Source: Gemmatimonadota bacterium
GTDB taxonomy: Bacteria; Latescibacterota; UBA2968; UBA8231
DNA length: 64,000 nucleotides
NCBI GenBank assembly: GCA_009841115.1
Contig: VXML01000034.1
Location: 61,593 to 125,592, forward strand
Reading direction: 5' to 3'
The translations under genes and the position numbers were made by a program. Of the stretch, positions 46,661 through 55,538 are shown piece by piece. Under the pieces are notes generated by a model. The model ran no database searches. It worked only from the letters and a program-made list of their open reading frames with translations, and was not told the origin of the DNA. Position 1 is the first letter of the stretch. Every line of letters starts with the position of its first letter.

Positions 46661-48946
46661 TCAGTAGGCCAACGCGATAATTTTGGCCGTTTTCTGCGTC
46701 TGCGCATCGCCTTGTACCACAACCCGCAAAATGTAGTTTCCCGGCGCGGCCAACTGCCCAAATTCGTCCTGCCCATCCCAACTCAACGTTATCGGCCCGG
46801 CTGTTTGCCGCTGATCGTGTAGCACCCGGACTTCCCGTCCACTCAGGTCGTAGAGTGCCACGTGCAGCAAGCGGGGCTGGAGGACGTTCAACAAGGAGAA
46901 CCCTATCTGCAAGAAATCACCGATGCCATCTCCGTTGGGAGTCACGAGCGCGGCCGACACCGAGAGGCCGTCAATTAACGTAGGGCCGACCGGCAGCGAC
47001 ACGGCAATCGCTTCGCTGGCGACCGCGTCGCTAGCATCGCCCACATCCACCCGTTGCCTTACTTGTCGCTCTTCCCGCCCACTGGCTAGAAACGCCTCAA
47101 AGGGCATCTGTTGGCGGTATATCGTGCTGGCGAAGTCGAACTCAATCAACCCAGTCCGCACGAACGGATCGGCAAAGGTAATGTCCCATCCGCCATCCAC
47201 TGGGATGATTTCCGCGTCCAATACCTGTCCTGCCGAGCGAATCTCGCCAAGCTCAATGTCTGCCCCTGAACGCATGAGCAACTGATCGAAACCCGTACTG
47301 CCAGCACCGCTATCCCAACCAAGATAATAGGTAAACTCCGTGCGCTGCCCTGGTTGGGCCTGGATCGGATAGATCTCAGCTCGCGTTGCGGCGGCCAAAG
47401 GCTCGGCGTAGCTCAGGACTAGCTCGTCGAGGACCGCCCTCTGCATCGGGTCGTCGCTGAGCAAATAGGCTTGCAATTGGACGAAACGCCTCGGCGTCGG
47501 CGAGAGAAAGCCCCGATCCGACCGCTCGTATGCCTGACTCCAGATACTCCAGTCGTCGCCGGGCGAACGGACGGTATCAATCCGGCCTTTGAAACTGGGA
47601 ATTAGCTTGTTGTATTTCCTTTCGGTTACTTCCTTGCCGTTTTTGTCGTGGAAGACATAAGACTCCTGTAACAGATTGCCCGTCCGCGAACGAATTTCTA
47701 CGCGAGTCCTCTCAGGAGCCTCGACCTGCCAACTCAACCCTGTGGCGTTGCGCACAGCCCCCAGATCGTAGATCGGGGATTGCAAGATGGTGCCCGCGGG
47801 ATAGCCTTCGCCAAAGACCTGAAATTCGGCCGTCGTTCCCGTAATGCAACACTGCCTGTTCGGATAGCGCATCCGCAAGTAGCGCAGTGGCCGGAGTGAA
47901 AACTGCTCTTCAAAGTGGACAATATCGCGCAAATTGCGGGGGTGTTCGGGCAACTCCCCTAGGACTTGCCAGCGCAACGATCCGTCCGGTGCCAGCGATC
48001 CGTCCGACCCCCAGAGGATATACCAAGGAAAGTGGATAGCGTTGCGCCGAGTCCAGCGCCAGTCAACGTTGCTGGGCGCGATGCCAGCCAGATCGCCCAA
48101 AATCCGCACCCGATCCACCCAGTACAGGGCACCCAAATCAAAGGTGAATTCAGTGTCCCCCGGTTGGGAAAACCCCCAGTAGCGCCAACTCGACACAATA
48201 TCGCCGTCGATCAGCGCGTTGCTATTGCCCGTTGACTCGTAGCCTTCGGCCCGCGTGCCGATTTCGTTGAGGATATCGACTTGCCCACCGCGTTCCCGCA
48301 TTCCCAGCGAGATATTGTCCCCTACGGCCTCCACCGCAATCGAGCTAATCCCCGCTCCCACGGTGGGCAAATCCACTTCAATGCGAATGAATTGCAGCGG
48401 TTTAAGGCCGTATTCGATAACCAACTCCCGTTGTTTGTTGAAGCTGTAGCGGACGCGATCACTGTAGCGCACAATACTCGGCAGGGGCAGTCCGGTCGAA
48501 TCAAAAAAGCGCTCGCCATTGGAAAGCAGAACCTGAAAAAGCTCCAGCGGCGGCCCATCTTCCCTAAGCTGCAAGATCACTCGCCGTGCGGAAACCACGC
48601 GGCCTAGATCGATCTCGACGTACATGTTCTCGGGATCGTCATCCCAATCGGGAGCCCAGAAGCTGCTCAAGCTCCCGTCGATCAGGTTGCCAGCATCGCC
48701 GCTGTTGGATCCTGCAGCGCGGATGCCACCACCGAAATCCCCAGCATTGGCGACCGCGTCGATATTCCGCCGCACAAATCTGGGGCCAGCTTTCCCACGG
48801 CTGATTTCGATGGCATTGCCGGGCCGCTGCCACGCATCCCAATCCGCGTTGGTCCCAATCCGTAGTTCCTCGCCTGCTGCGGGTGATATCATGCTGCAGA
48901 GCAGCAATACCTGAAGAAAAGACCCTAATTCGCGGTGATTTTTCAC
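46661..48946 (-). CDS. Large secreted protein with discoidin (F5/8 type C)-like domains and a FlgD-Ig/T9SS-type C-terminal sorting-like domain
   Basis: Signal peptide. The blocks LIDGSLSSFW and ALIDGDIVSSWRYW are typical of discoidin domains. The C-terminus LVTPNGDGIGDF...LYDLSGREVRVL...WDGQDEFGQLAAPGNYILRV is FlgD-Ig/CTD-like. Confidence 0.65.
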   Translation of the reverse strand: MKNHRELGSFLQVLLLCSMISPAAGEELRIGTNADWDAWQRPGNAIEISRGKAGPRFVRRNIDAVANAGDFGGGIRAAGSNSGDAGNLIDGSLSSFWAPDWDDDPENMYVEIDLGRVVSARRVILQLREDGPPLELFQVLLSNGERFFDSTGLPLPSIVRYSDRVRYSFNKQRELVIEYGLKPLQFIRIEVDLPTVGAGISSIAVEAVGDNISLGMRERGGQVDILNEIGTRAEGYESTGNSNALIDGDIVSSWRYWGFSQPGDTEFTFDLGALYWVDRVRILGDLAGIAPSNVDWRWTRRNAIHFPWYILWGSDGSLAPDGSLRWQVLGELPEHPRNLRDIVHFEEQFSLRPLRYLRMRYPNRQCCITGTTAEFQVFGEGYPAGTILQSPIYDLGAVRNATGLSWQVEAPERTRVEIRSRTGNLLQESYVFHDKNGKEVTERKYNKLIPSFKGRIDTVRSPGDDWSIWSQAYERSDRGFLSPTPRRFVQLQAYLLSDDPMQRAVLDELVLSYAEPLAAATRAEIYPIQAQPGQRTEFTYYLGWDSGAGSTGFDQLLMRSGADIELGEIRSAGQVLDAEIIPVDGGWDITFADPFVRTGLIEFDFASTIYRQQMPFEAFLASGREERQVRQRVDVGDASDAVASEAIAVSLPVGPTLIDGLSVSAALVTPNGDGIGDFLQIGFSLLNVLQPRLLHVALYDLSGREVRVLHDQRQTAGPITLSWDGQDEFGQLAAPGNYILRVVVQGDAQTQKTAKIIALAY

Positions 48947-48981
48947 GATGTGTCTCCCGCGCCGGGGTTCAGTCAGGGTGC

Positions 48982-49992
48982 CTACCCCACGCGATACTTC
49001 TCCACAGCCTCCATGTCCAGTTCAACGCCTAGCCCGGGCGCATCCGGCACGGCGACGAAGCCATCAACCGGCGTCAGCGCACCGCCGATTAGGTCGTTTT
49101 CGCGCGTGAAATGCAGGCTGTCGGAGGGAATAGTTGCATTGGGAATGGTCGCGTGGACGTGCGTGCCATACGCACCCGACACACCTAGTCCCAGCCCCAC
49201 GACCTGCAACCAAACCGGCATCCCGGCCGCCGCGGCCATGCCGGCGCAGATCTGCGCGCGCTCGACGTTGCCACCCAGATTGAAGCAATCGGCCGCCTCG
49301 GCGCGGATCGCGCCCAGCACCATCTGTGGATCACCTAAATGGGGCGCGAGCCGGATGCGGGTGTGGCGGCGAAAGTCGCGGTACTGATGCCACCCCGGCA
49401 AGTATTGGAAAGGATCCTCAAACGCCTCAATGTTATACGGCTCCAATGACTCGGCCAGCCGCAGGCTCGTGCTCAAATCGCCAAAGGTGAAATTCGGATC
49501 GACGATAATGCCGTAGTCCGGGCCAGCGGCTTTGGCCATCAGTTTGACGGTCTCGACGATATTCCAAGGCCGCGCCTTGAGCTTGTGGGTCTTAAACCCC
49601 CGCCTAGCCCCTTCCTCCGCCATGGCAGCGAATTCGCGCGGCTCCAGCGGCGGCGACCACCAGCCCACCGGCACTCGGTCCCAATGCTTGGACCCCATCA
49701 GCTTCCAAGCCGGCACCCCGAGGGCCTTGCCGACGATGTCGTACAGGGCCATGATCATCGCCCCGCCTTTGTCCCCCAAGTTGACCTGTATGGGATCGAC
49801 GCCGACCCACTCGGCCTCCAAGCTGGACAACGAACCGCCTCGTCCCCCTTCGCCCACTCCGTAGATACCTTCGTCGGTATGCACTTTGATCAGGCTGATA
49901 GGCTGCTCCAAGTAATGTCCAGGACGACTCTTTTCAATTGAGGGAATATGCGGCACTGCGGTGACAAACTCTTCGATCTGGGTGATTTTCAC
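48982..49992 (-). CDS. Enolase-superfamily enzyme (mandelate racemase/muconate lactonizing family)
   Basis: GTG start (VKITQIEEF...) 9 nt after a GGGAGGTG that spans the upstream stop. KLKARP, IVDPN and FEDP metal-ligand blocks. Confidence 0.75.
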   Translation of the reverse strand: MKITQIEEFVTAVPHIPSIEKSRPGHYLEQPISLIKVHTDEGIYGVGEGGRGGSLSSLEAEWVGVDPIQVNLGDKGGAMIMALYDIVGKALGVPAWKLMGSKHWDRVPVGWWSPPLEPREFAAMAEEGARRGFKTHKLKARPWNIVETVKLMAKAAGPDYGIIVDPNFTFGDLSTSLRLAESLEPYNIEAFEDPFQYLPGWHQYRDFRRHTRIRLAPHLGDPQMVLGAIRAEAADCFNLGGNVERAQICAGMAAAAGMPVWLQVVGLGLGVSGAYGTHVHATIPNATIPSDSLHFTRENDLIGGALTPVDGFVAVPDAPGLGVELDMEAVEKYRVG

Positions 49993-49994
49993 GA

Positions 49995-51197
49995 TTACAC
50001 CTCCCTTAGCCAGTCCTCGGGGATGTCGATCCCAAAGCCGGGGCCTTTGGGCAGACCAAGGAGACCGTTTTGGGGCACGTTGGTCCCCGGCGGAACTTTG
50101 TAGTGTCGTTGTCCCGATTTTGAAGGCGTCCCGATATAGCACTCCGCCAGCGGCACCCCGGGCAGGGAGCCGATGAAAAATTCAATCAACGGGGTATTGG
50201 GCATCGCCGCCGTCCAGTGCTGGCCATACGGGTCATTGCCCCCGGTGTGCAGACACATCTGGACGCCTTGTGCATCGGCGTAGTGGGCCAGCTTCATCGC
50301 CTCGGTAAAACCCCCTATCCAGTAGATATCAGCCTGGATCAAATCGACGAGCCGCTCTTGAACGGCCCTCATGCCGGGATGGCGAGTGGACCAGTGCTCG
50401 CCGTCGGCTAGCGTCTGCCAAGGAACGCGCTGGCGCAGGGCGCGGTGCCCCTCCCAGTCGTGGGGCATCAGCATTTCCTCCATCCAGCGCATCCGATATG
50501 GCTTGAGCGCCTCGCAGATGCGCACGGCAAAGTCGAGGTCAAAGGTCATCCAGCAATCGAGCATCAAGTCCGCGGCCGGGCCGATCAACTCGCGGCACCT
50601 AGCCATCAGTTCGACCGTGCCGTCGATTCCGGCTTGGCCATCAACGGGTCCGTGCGGACGGGCCAACTTGAACTTTTTGAAGCCCAACTCCAAGTACCAA
50701 TCGACATCGTTGCCGGTGGCATAGACTTCCATCTGAGTGCGCTGCGGGCCTCCGGCCAGCCGATAGACGGGCTGATCGAGGGTTTTGCCCCACAGGTCCC
50801 ACAGCGCCAGATCGACTCCGGCGACCGCCCGCGCCGTAAGTCCTTCGTTGCCAAAGGAAAGCGTCCCCCTCCACATGCGATCGTTGCACCGGTCAATGGC
50901 ACCCACTTCCTGACCGACGACTAGGGGCGCTAAGCACTCGGCAATAATCGGCTGGGTCGCATGGCCCGAATCCGTGCGGCCCAAGCCAAAGGTGCCGTCC
51001 TCGGCAATGACCTTGACCCAGATCGCTCCGCCCGGCTTGGGCATGAGCCGCTCCTCGGGCGCGAATTTATCCATTGGCGTGGCCTGCTTAGGTGCCCAAA
51101 GCCACGACTGCTCCCGCAGCGGTCGAGTCCCTTCCTCGCTCGGCGGCGGGGGCGACAGTTCAAAGGTTTGGATAGCAGCTATTTTCTTGGCGCACAT
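49995..51197 (-). CDS. Enolase-superfamily enzyme (acid-sugar dehydratase-like)
   Basis: 400 aa with KFKLARP, MLDCWM, WMEEML and ADGEH blocks typical of MR-subgroup dehydratases. Confidence 0.75.
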   Translation of the reverse strand: MCAKKIAAIQTFELSPPPPSEEGTRPLREQSWLWAPKQATPMDKFAPEERLMPKPGGAIWVKVIAEDGTFGLGRTDSGHATQPIIAECLAPLVVGQEVGAIDRCNDRMWRGTLSFGNEGLTARAVAGVDLALWDLWGKTLDQPVYRLAGGPQRTQMEVYATGNDVDWYLELGFKKFKLARPHGPVDGQAGIDGTVELMARCRELIGPAADLMLDCWMTFDLDFAVRICEALKPYRMRWMEEMLMPHDWEGHRALRQRVPWQTLADGEHWSTRHPGMRAVQERLVDLIQADIYWIGGFTEAMKLAHYADAQGVQMCLHTGGNDPYGQHWTAAMPNTPLIEFFIGSLPGVPLAECYIGTPSKSGQRHYKVPPGTNVPQNGLLGLPKGPGFGIDIPEDWLREV

Positions 51198-51221
51198 TAG
51201 GTTGATGTAACCACTTAATTC

Positions 51222-52250
51222 TTATAGTTCGAGTTGGCAGCCTCGTTCAGCCGCGCCGTACGCCGCCTCGACAAAGCGCATAGCCTGCCAAGCATCGTCG
51301 CCATTGGTGATAAAATTACCTTGTCCACGGCTAGCGGCGACAAAGTCGGCGATAAAACCCAATCCGGCCGCCCCGCCGTACCCAGGAGCCTCGCCGACCG
51401 AGAGGTCGAATCGGCGGTACTCGTCCTCGGTCCAACCTTCGGCTTGACTCTGGACGATGAGCCGGTCGCCGCGTCCGTCCCAATCTTGCATCACCCAGGT
51501 CGCATCCCCTGCCGTTCCTCTGAAACACAAGTAGATATCACCGTAGCGGCGCGGCAAGACGTAGCCCGCGTGCAGGCTGCCCAGCGCGCCGTTGTCCATG
51601 CGGAACGAAGCGGCAAGCACGTCCTCGACGTCGATGCCAGTACCGCTCAGGGTCGCCTTGTGGGCGCTGACACCCTTGTATTCCAAGCCGCTGATATAGC
51701 GAATCAGATCGACCGTGTGGATCGCCAGCCAGTGCAGGATGCCCCCGCCCGCCTGTGCGCGGTCAAAGAGCCAGTGGTCCGGGTTGCGCTGCTGGACGGT
51801 GCTGGTGACCATCCGCCCCTCGATGGAGACGATGCGGCCCAGGACACCAGCGGCGACGAGTTGACGCGCCTTGTCGGCAATCGGATGGCAGCGGTTCAAA
51901 AAGGCCGTCGCCCACAAAACCTCCTGCGCGGCGGCGATTTCGTTGAGACGAGCGATATCAGCAGCCGTACGCGCGACCGGTTTCTCGGCAATGGTCGGCA
52001 CGCCGGCCTGCAAAAGCTGCGCGATGCGGTCTGGCGCTTGGTCATTGCGCGTACACACTATGGCTAAGCCCAGCTTCTCGTCCGCCAGCAGCGCATCTAG
52101 GTTGCCATATACCTGATCGACGTCAGTGCATTCTTCGGCCGCACAGACTACTAAGCGGTTCACCGCCTCGCAGTGTTGCAGCGAGGTCAGCCACCCACGG
52201 CTGTGGGGATTGTCCAGCCCAACGAGAGCAGCGCATACTTTATCCGTCAT
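51222..52250 (-). CDS. Gfo/Idh/MocA family oxidoreductase
   Basis: N-terminal Rossmann fold (VGLDNPHSRGW...), an EKP motif (IAEKPVA) and a C-terminal alpha/beta domain. Confidence 0.75.
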   Translation of the reverse strand: MTDKVCAALVGLDNPHSRGWLTSLQHCEAVNRLVVCAAEECTDVDQVYGNLDALLADEKLGLAIVCTRNDQAPDRIAQLLQAGVPTIAEKPVARTAADIARLNEIAAAQEVLWATAFLNRCHPIADKARQLVAAGVLGRIVSIEGRMVTSTVQQRNPDHWLFDRAQAGGGILHWLAIHTVDLIRYISGLEYKGVSAHKATLSGTGIDVEDVLAASFRMDNGALGSLHAGYVLPRRYGDIYLCFRGTAGDATWVMQDWDGRGDRLIVQSQAEGWTEDEYRRFDLSVGEAPGYGGAAGLGFIADFVAASRGQGNFITNGDDAWQAMRFVEAAYGAAERGCQLEL

Positions 52251-53226
52251 GGTAATCCACTACCTTTCCTTCCCGCGCCGAGCGGTAAACATTTTCCAAC
52301 AGCGCCACCGTGCGGCGGCCCTCGCGGCCATCCACCCGCAGAGCGGTCCCGTTCTCTAAGGCTGATACCACGTCCTCGACGACGTTGGTCAGCGGATTGT
52401 CTATGGCCAGTAGCTTCTCTTCCAGTCCATCGCCAAAGACGCGCATGTCGCCCGACAGCACGGCGTCCAGTAGCACCCCCCCTTCGCTGCCGTGAACCTC
52501 GGCGCTAAAGTAGGGGCTTGCTGGGAAGGTCGTCGTGCCCAAGATCCCTCCCTTGGCCCCGCTTTCGAAATTCAAGATGGCCTGGCCAATATCCTCGGTC
52601 TCAATGTCGTGGTTCATAATCGCCGTTTCGCCATAGACGGTCTTGGGCACGCCCATGAACCACAGCAGGAGATCGATCAGGTGCGATCCCTGATTGGCCA
52701 GCGACCCACCCCCGTCCATGGCCCAAGTGCCGCGCCAGCCGCCGCCGTGTTCAAAGTACTCCTGCGAGCGAAACCACTTAAAGCGCACTTCGCCGAGAAT
52801 GGGCTTGCCCAATAGACCCTGCTTGAGGGCTTCGGCGACGCGATAGTTATTGTCAACGTAGCGACTTTGGTAATCGACGCCGATCAAGAGGCCGCCCGCG
52901 TCGGCTGCGGCGATCAGCTCGTCGCAGGCTTTGGTGCTGACGTCCATGGGCTTGGTGGTGATTACGTGCTTGCCAGCCTTGAGCGCCTCGACGCCTATGG
53001 ACGCGTGCAGCCCGCTCGGAGTCATCACCAACACGACATCCACATTGCTCCTCCCCAAGGCGTCTTCAAGGACCGTACACCACGCGCAGCCCATTTCCTC
53101 GCCTACTTGACGGGCCAAGTCCTCGTTGAGATCAACGACCACGCGCAGTTCAGCCCCTTCGGTCTCAGCTACTTGCCGGGCGCGATTGCGCCCCATGCCC
53201 AACCCTACAACGGCAAATCCGATCAT
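52240..53226 (-). CDS. Gfo/Idh/MocA family oxidoreductase
   Basis: MIGFAVVGLGMGRNRA Rossmann fold and a TTKPM (EKP-equivalent) block. Overlaps the downstream paralogue by 11 nt. Confidence 0.8.
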   Translation of the reverse strand: MIGFAVVGLGMGRNRARQVAETEGAELRVVVDLNEDLARQVGEEMGCAWCTVLEDALGRSNVDVVLVMTPSGLHASIGVEALKAGKHVITTKPMDVSTKACDELIAAADAGGLLIGVDYQSRYVDNNYRVAEALKQGLLGKPILGEVRFKWFRSQEYFEHGGGWRGTWAMDGGGSLANQGSHLIDLLLWFMGVPKTVYGETAIMNHDIETEDIGQAILNFESGAKGGILGTTTFPASPYFSAEVHGSEGGVLLDAVLSGDMRVFGDGLEEKLLAIDNPLTNVVEDVVSALENGTALRVDGREGRRTVALLENVYRSAREGKVVDYHDG

Positions 53227-53296
53227 TTGACTAGCTCCTTAGCAGATTTTTGAGATACCGCCTTATCACAAGGACCATAGAGTACCGACTCCAGCT

Positions 53297-53824
53297 TCAT
53301 TCATAACTCTTCAGAGGGCGACTATGATACTCCACTATAGATGGACCTCCCATCTCATATCGCAAGCTGATATGACGCCTGCTATGCTTCCACTTATACT
53401 CTCGGACAAGATCTCCTAAAATCGTAGTATCGTACGGGTTGCCCATGATACTCCTAAACGCGGCATCGTACGAGTCAAAGACCTGCCTACATGACGCCAC
53501 GTCGGCCTCTTCGCACAGTATTACGGACCCGTCTTCGTCATAGACTAGACTCTTAGGCGAAGGGGACAACGATGCTTTCATCTGCTTGTTTGGCGAAGAA
53601 GGGCTGGGAGAAGGGGTGGCAGCGGGGGTTGACTTGACCTCCAAGGGTGCCGTGGCCTGATTCACCTTAGCCTCTAGCTGCTTGATGCTACCCTCTAGCT
53701 CATCAAGGCGACCCGATAAGTTCTCATGGTACAGGTAAAGGGACTCATTGAGAAAACTGGCTACACCTACCCCCATGAGAAAGATCCAGACCATAAGCAC
53801 AAACAACTGGATCATAGAGCGCAT
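53297..53824 (-). CDS. Membrane-anchored protein: TM, short coiled coil, Pro/Ser linker and an unknown C-terminal domain
   Basis: N-terminal TM (IQLFVLMVWIFLMGVGVASFL), heptad-like LDELEGSIKQLEAKV, and a PSPSPSSP linker. A/T-richer than its surroundings. No family recognised. Confidence 0.5.
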   Translation of the reverse strand: MRSMIQLFVLMVWIFLMGVGVASFLNESLYLYHENLSGRLDELEGSIKQLEAKVNQATAPLEVKSTPAATPSPSPSSPNKQMKASLSPSPKSLVYDEDGSVILCEEADVASCRQVFDSYDAAFRSIMGNPYDTTILGDLVREYKWKHSRRHISLRYEMGGPSIVEYHSRPLKSYE

Positions 53825-53859
53825 ACAATTCCTTTCTACAGCCTTCGCCGCTGTGTGAT

Positions 53860-54750
53860 TTAGGGTATATCACCGGGCCACAGCCACGCGCTGCACTTTA
53901 TTAGCCTGTCCAGCGTGAAGTCGCCCGCGGCAAACTTCTTGGCATCTACTTCAAGGGCAAGACGCTTACCCTCCTTCATCTGCTTCTTAAAGTCGTCATT
54001 TTTCGGGTTGCTATAGAAAATTTCAAAAATAAGCTCTCTTGGGTCCTGCAGCGTTCTGGCGGTTAGACGCTTTGCTCCGTCTTTGCCAACCCTTTTCTTT
54101 AAGTCAGCAATAGCCCTTTTATCGTAAAAGGCAGAATGGATGTAAGGCGGAGGTGCCCAATGGTCTCTCCATTCTTCATCTGTCAAGAACCATGGAGGAC
54201 GAGTCGCTCCTCTTGCTTTGAGGGCGTTCACTATCTTATCTCCCCGTTCGTTTGCCTCCTCTGTCTCCTCCTTGAGGGCCATCCACTGAGAGGTCAGCTT
54301 CTTGCTCTTGCCCCACGGTTTCAGATACCAGTTCCTGGCCCATTCCTGTTCGTCGCCGTGCCCATATATAGGCATACCCTCAAGACGGACATCGTACCGC
54401 CTACCAAGTCCATCATCCTTATATTCGCTCTTGGCACGCTTCACCAAAAAGCCCCTTTCAGGGACGATTAGGCCAAGGTGCGGAGGCAACCCCTTAATCA
54501 TCTCACGTAGCAATACAGACTCGATCCACGCTTGGATGATCTTATGGGTGTCGCAAGACTTGCTTGGGGGATGGGAAAAGTACCGGCTCGGTAGCTTCCT
54601 TCCATTCTTCCCCGTCCCGCCATTGCCGCCCTTAAGGGTAAGCCCCGCGCCACAGCTAAGGCAGGTATAGCCAGAGCGACCTTTAGCAAGCCTCGGATCG
54701 TCTGGACAGACAGGCTCTCCCTCCCATAGGGCAGGAATTTTTTCAGTCAT
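53860..54750 (-). CDS. CoiA-like zinc-ribbon / PD-(D/E)xK-type nuclease candidate
   Basis: The N-terminus YTCLSCGAGLTLKGG...RYFSHPPSKSCDTHK mirrors the CoiA C..C...HFAH...C module. Candidate nuclease residues are ...PE..., RRYDVRLEG and ELIFEIFYSNPK, with a ~110-aa charged insertion between them. A/T-richer region. Confidence 0.4.
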   Translation of the reverse strand: MTEKIPALWEGEPVCPDDPRLAKGRSGYTCLSCGAGLTLKGGNGGTGKNGRKLPSRYFSHPPSKSCDTHKIIQAWIESVLLREMIKGLPPHLGLIVPERGFLVKRAKSEYKDDGLGRRYDVRLEGMPIYGHGDEQEWARNWYLKPWGKSKKLTSQWMALKEETEEANERGDKIVNALKARGATRPPWFLTDEEWRDHWAPPPYIHSAFYDKRAIADLKKRVGKDGAKRLTARTLQDPRELIFEIFYSNPKNDDFKKQMKEGKRLALEVDAKKFAAGDFTLDRLIKCSAWLWPGDIP

Positions 54751-54817
54751 CCTAGTCCTTATCTGTTTCTAGCTTCCTCTCTAGTTCCTTGCCTGAACGG
54801 CGCTATTCGCCCGAGGC

Positions 54818-55213
54818 TTAGACCCAGTTTTCACATTGCAATCCCTGAATCCGGCTGAACTCTCTCAGGTTATTGCTCACTAGGATGCACTGCTGACTCA
54901 GGGCATGGGCAGCGATTAGCAGATCCATATTGCCGATGGGCTTGCCCCTTTTTTCTAAGCTAGTGCGGATTTTACCGTATTGTCGAGCCGCTTCCACATC
55001 CCAAGGCTGCACGGCTAGGTGGGCGACGAAATCGGCCAAAATGCGCTGGTTCATTTTTTTCGACGAAGACCGCTCGACCCCATATTGCAGTTCTGCATAC
55101 GTGATCGTGGAAATACAGAGAGTATCAGGAGGAATTGCATTGAATTTCTCCAGCAAGTTAGCCGGTCGTTTTTTGATGATATAGATGCATATATCGGTAT
55201 CCAGCATGTACAT
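54818..55213 (-). CDS. vapC: PIN-domain toxin VapC
   Basis: MYMLDTDICIYIIK..., ...ITYAELQYG..., ...NMDLLIAAHA..., ...LVSNNLREF, giving the four acidic PIN positions. Confidence 0.9.
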   Translation of the reverse strand: MYMLDTDICIYIIKKRPANLLEKFNAIPPDTLCISTITYAELQYGVERSSSKKMNQRILADFVAHLAVQPWDVEAARQYGKIRTSLEKRGKPIGNMDLLIAAHALSQQCILVSNNLREFSRIQGLQCENWV

Positions 55214-55450
55214 CTAAAACATATCCTGGCGGCTTTGGGGCGGGAGGTCCTCACGAGTCGCCATAAAATCTTCGGAAGGAAGCGGCGTCTCCTTAAAGAA
55301 TGCATCCCAAGACGACGGACAGGGCGAGAGGATGATATTCTGGCCTTCTTTTCTGATCAATACTTCCTCGCCTGCAAAGCGAAATTCTTTAGGCAGCCGC
55401 ACGGCTTGACTGCGACCATTCATAAAGAGCTTAGCAATTTTAGGTTGCAC
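55214..55450 (-). CDS. vapB: AbrB/SpoVT-type antitoxin VapB
   Basis: KLFMNGRSQAVRLPKEFRF.GEEVLIRKEG. GTG start at 55450, 8 nt after AAGGAGG. Abuts the vapC start. Confidence 0.85.
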   Translation of the reverse strand: MQPKIAKLFMNGRSQAVRLPKEFRFAGEEVLIRKEGQNIILSPCPSSWDAFFKETPLPSEDFMATREDLPPQSRQDMF

Positions 55451-55538
55451 GATAAAATCCTCCTTGTTGGTATATATCAAAAGTATCTATCATAAATCAA
55501 GAAATCAACCTAAGCAATTTGTACCACCTTGTCGTCCG

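Noticed and set aside
46509-46781. 90-aa minus-strand ORF
   Set aside because: It overlaps tRNA-Lys and the 3' end of the discoidin/FlgD-like gene, so it is spurious.
51234-52067. 277-aa plus-strand ORF antisense to the Gfo/Idh/MocA gene
   Set aside because: It is a shadow ORF with no Rossmann fold or other motifs.
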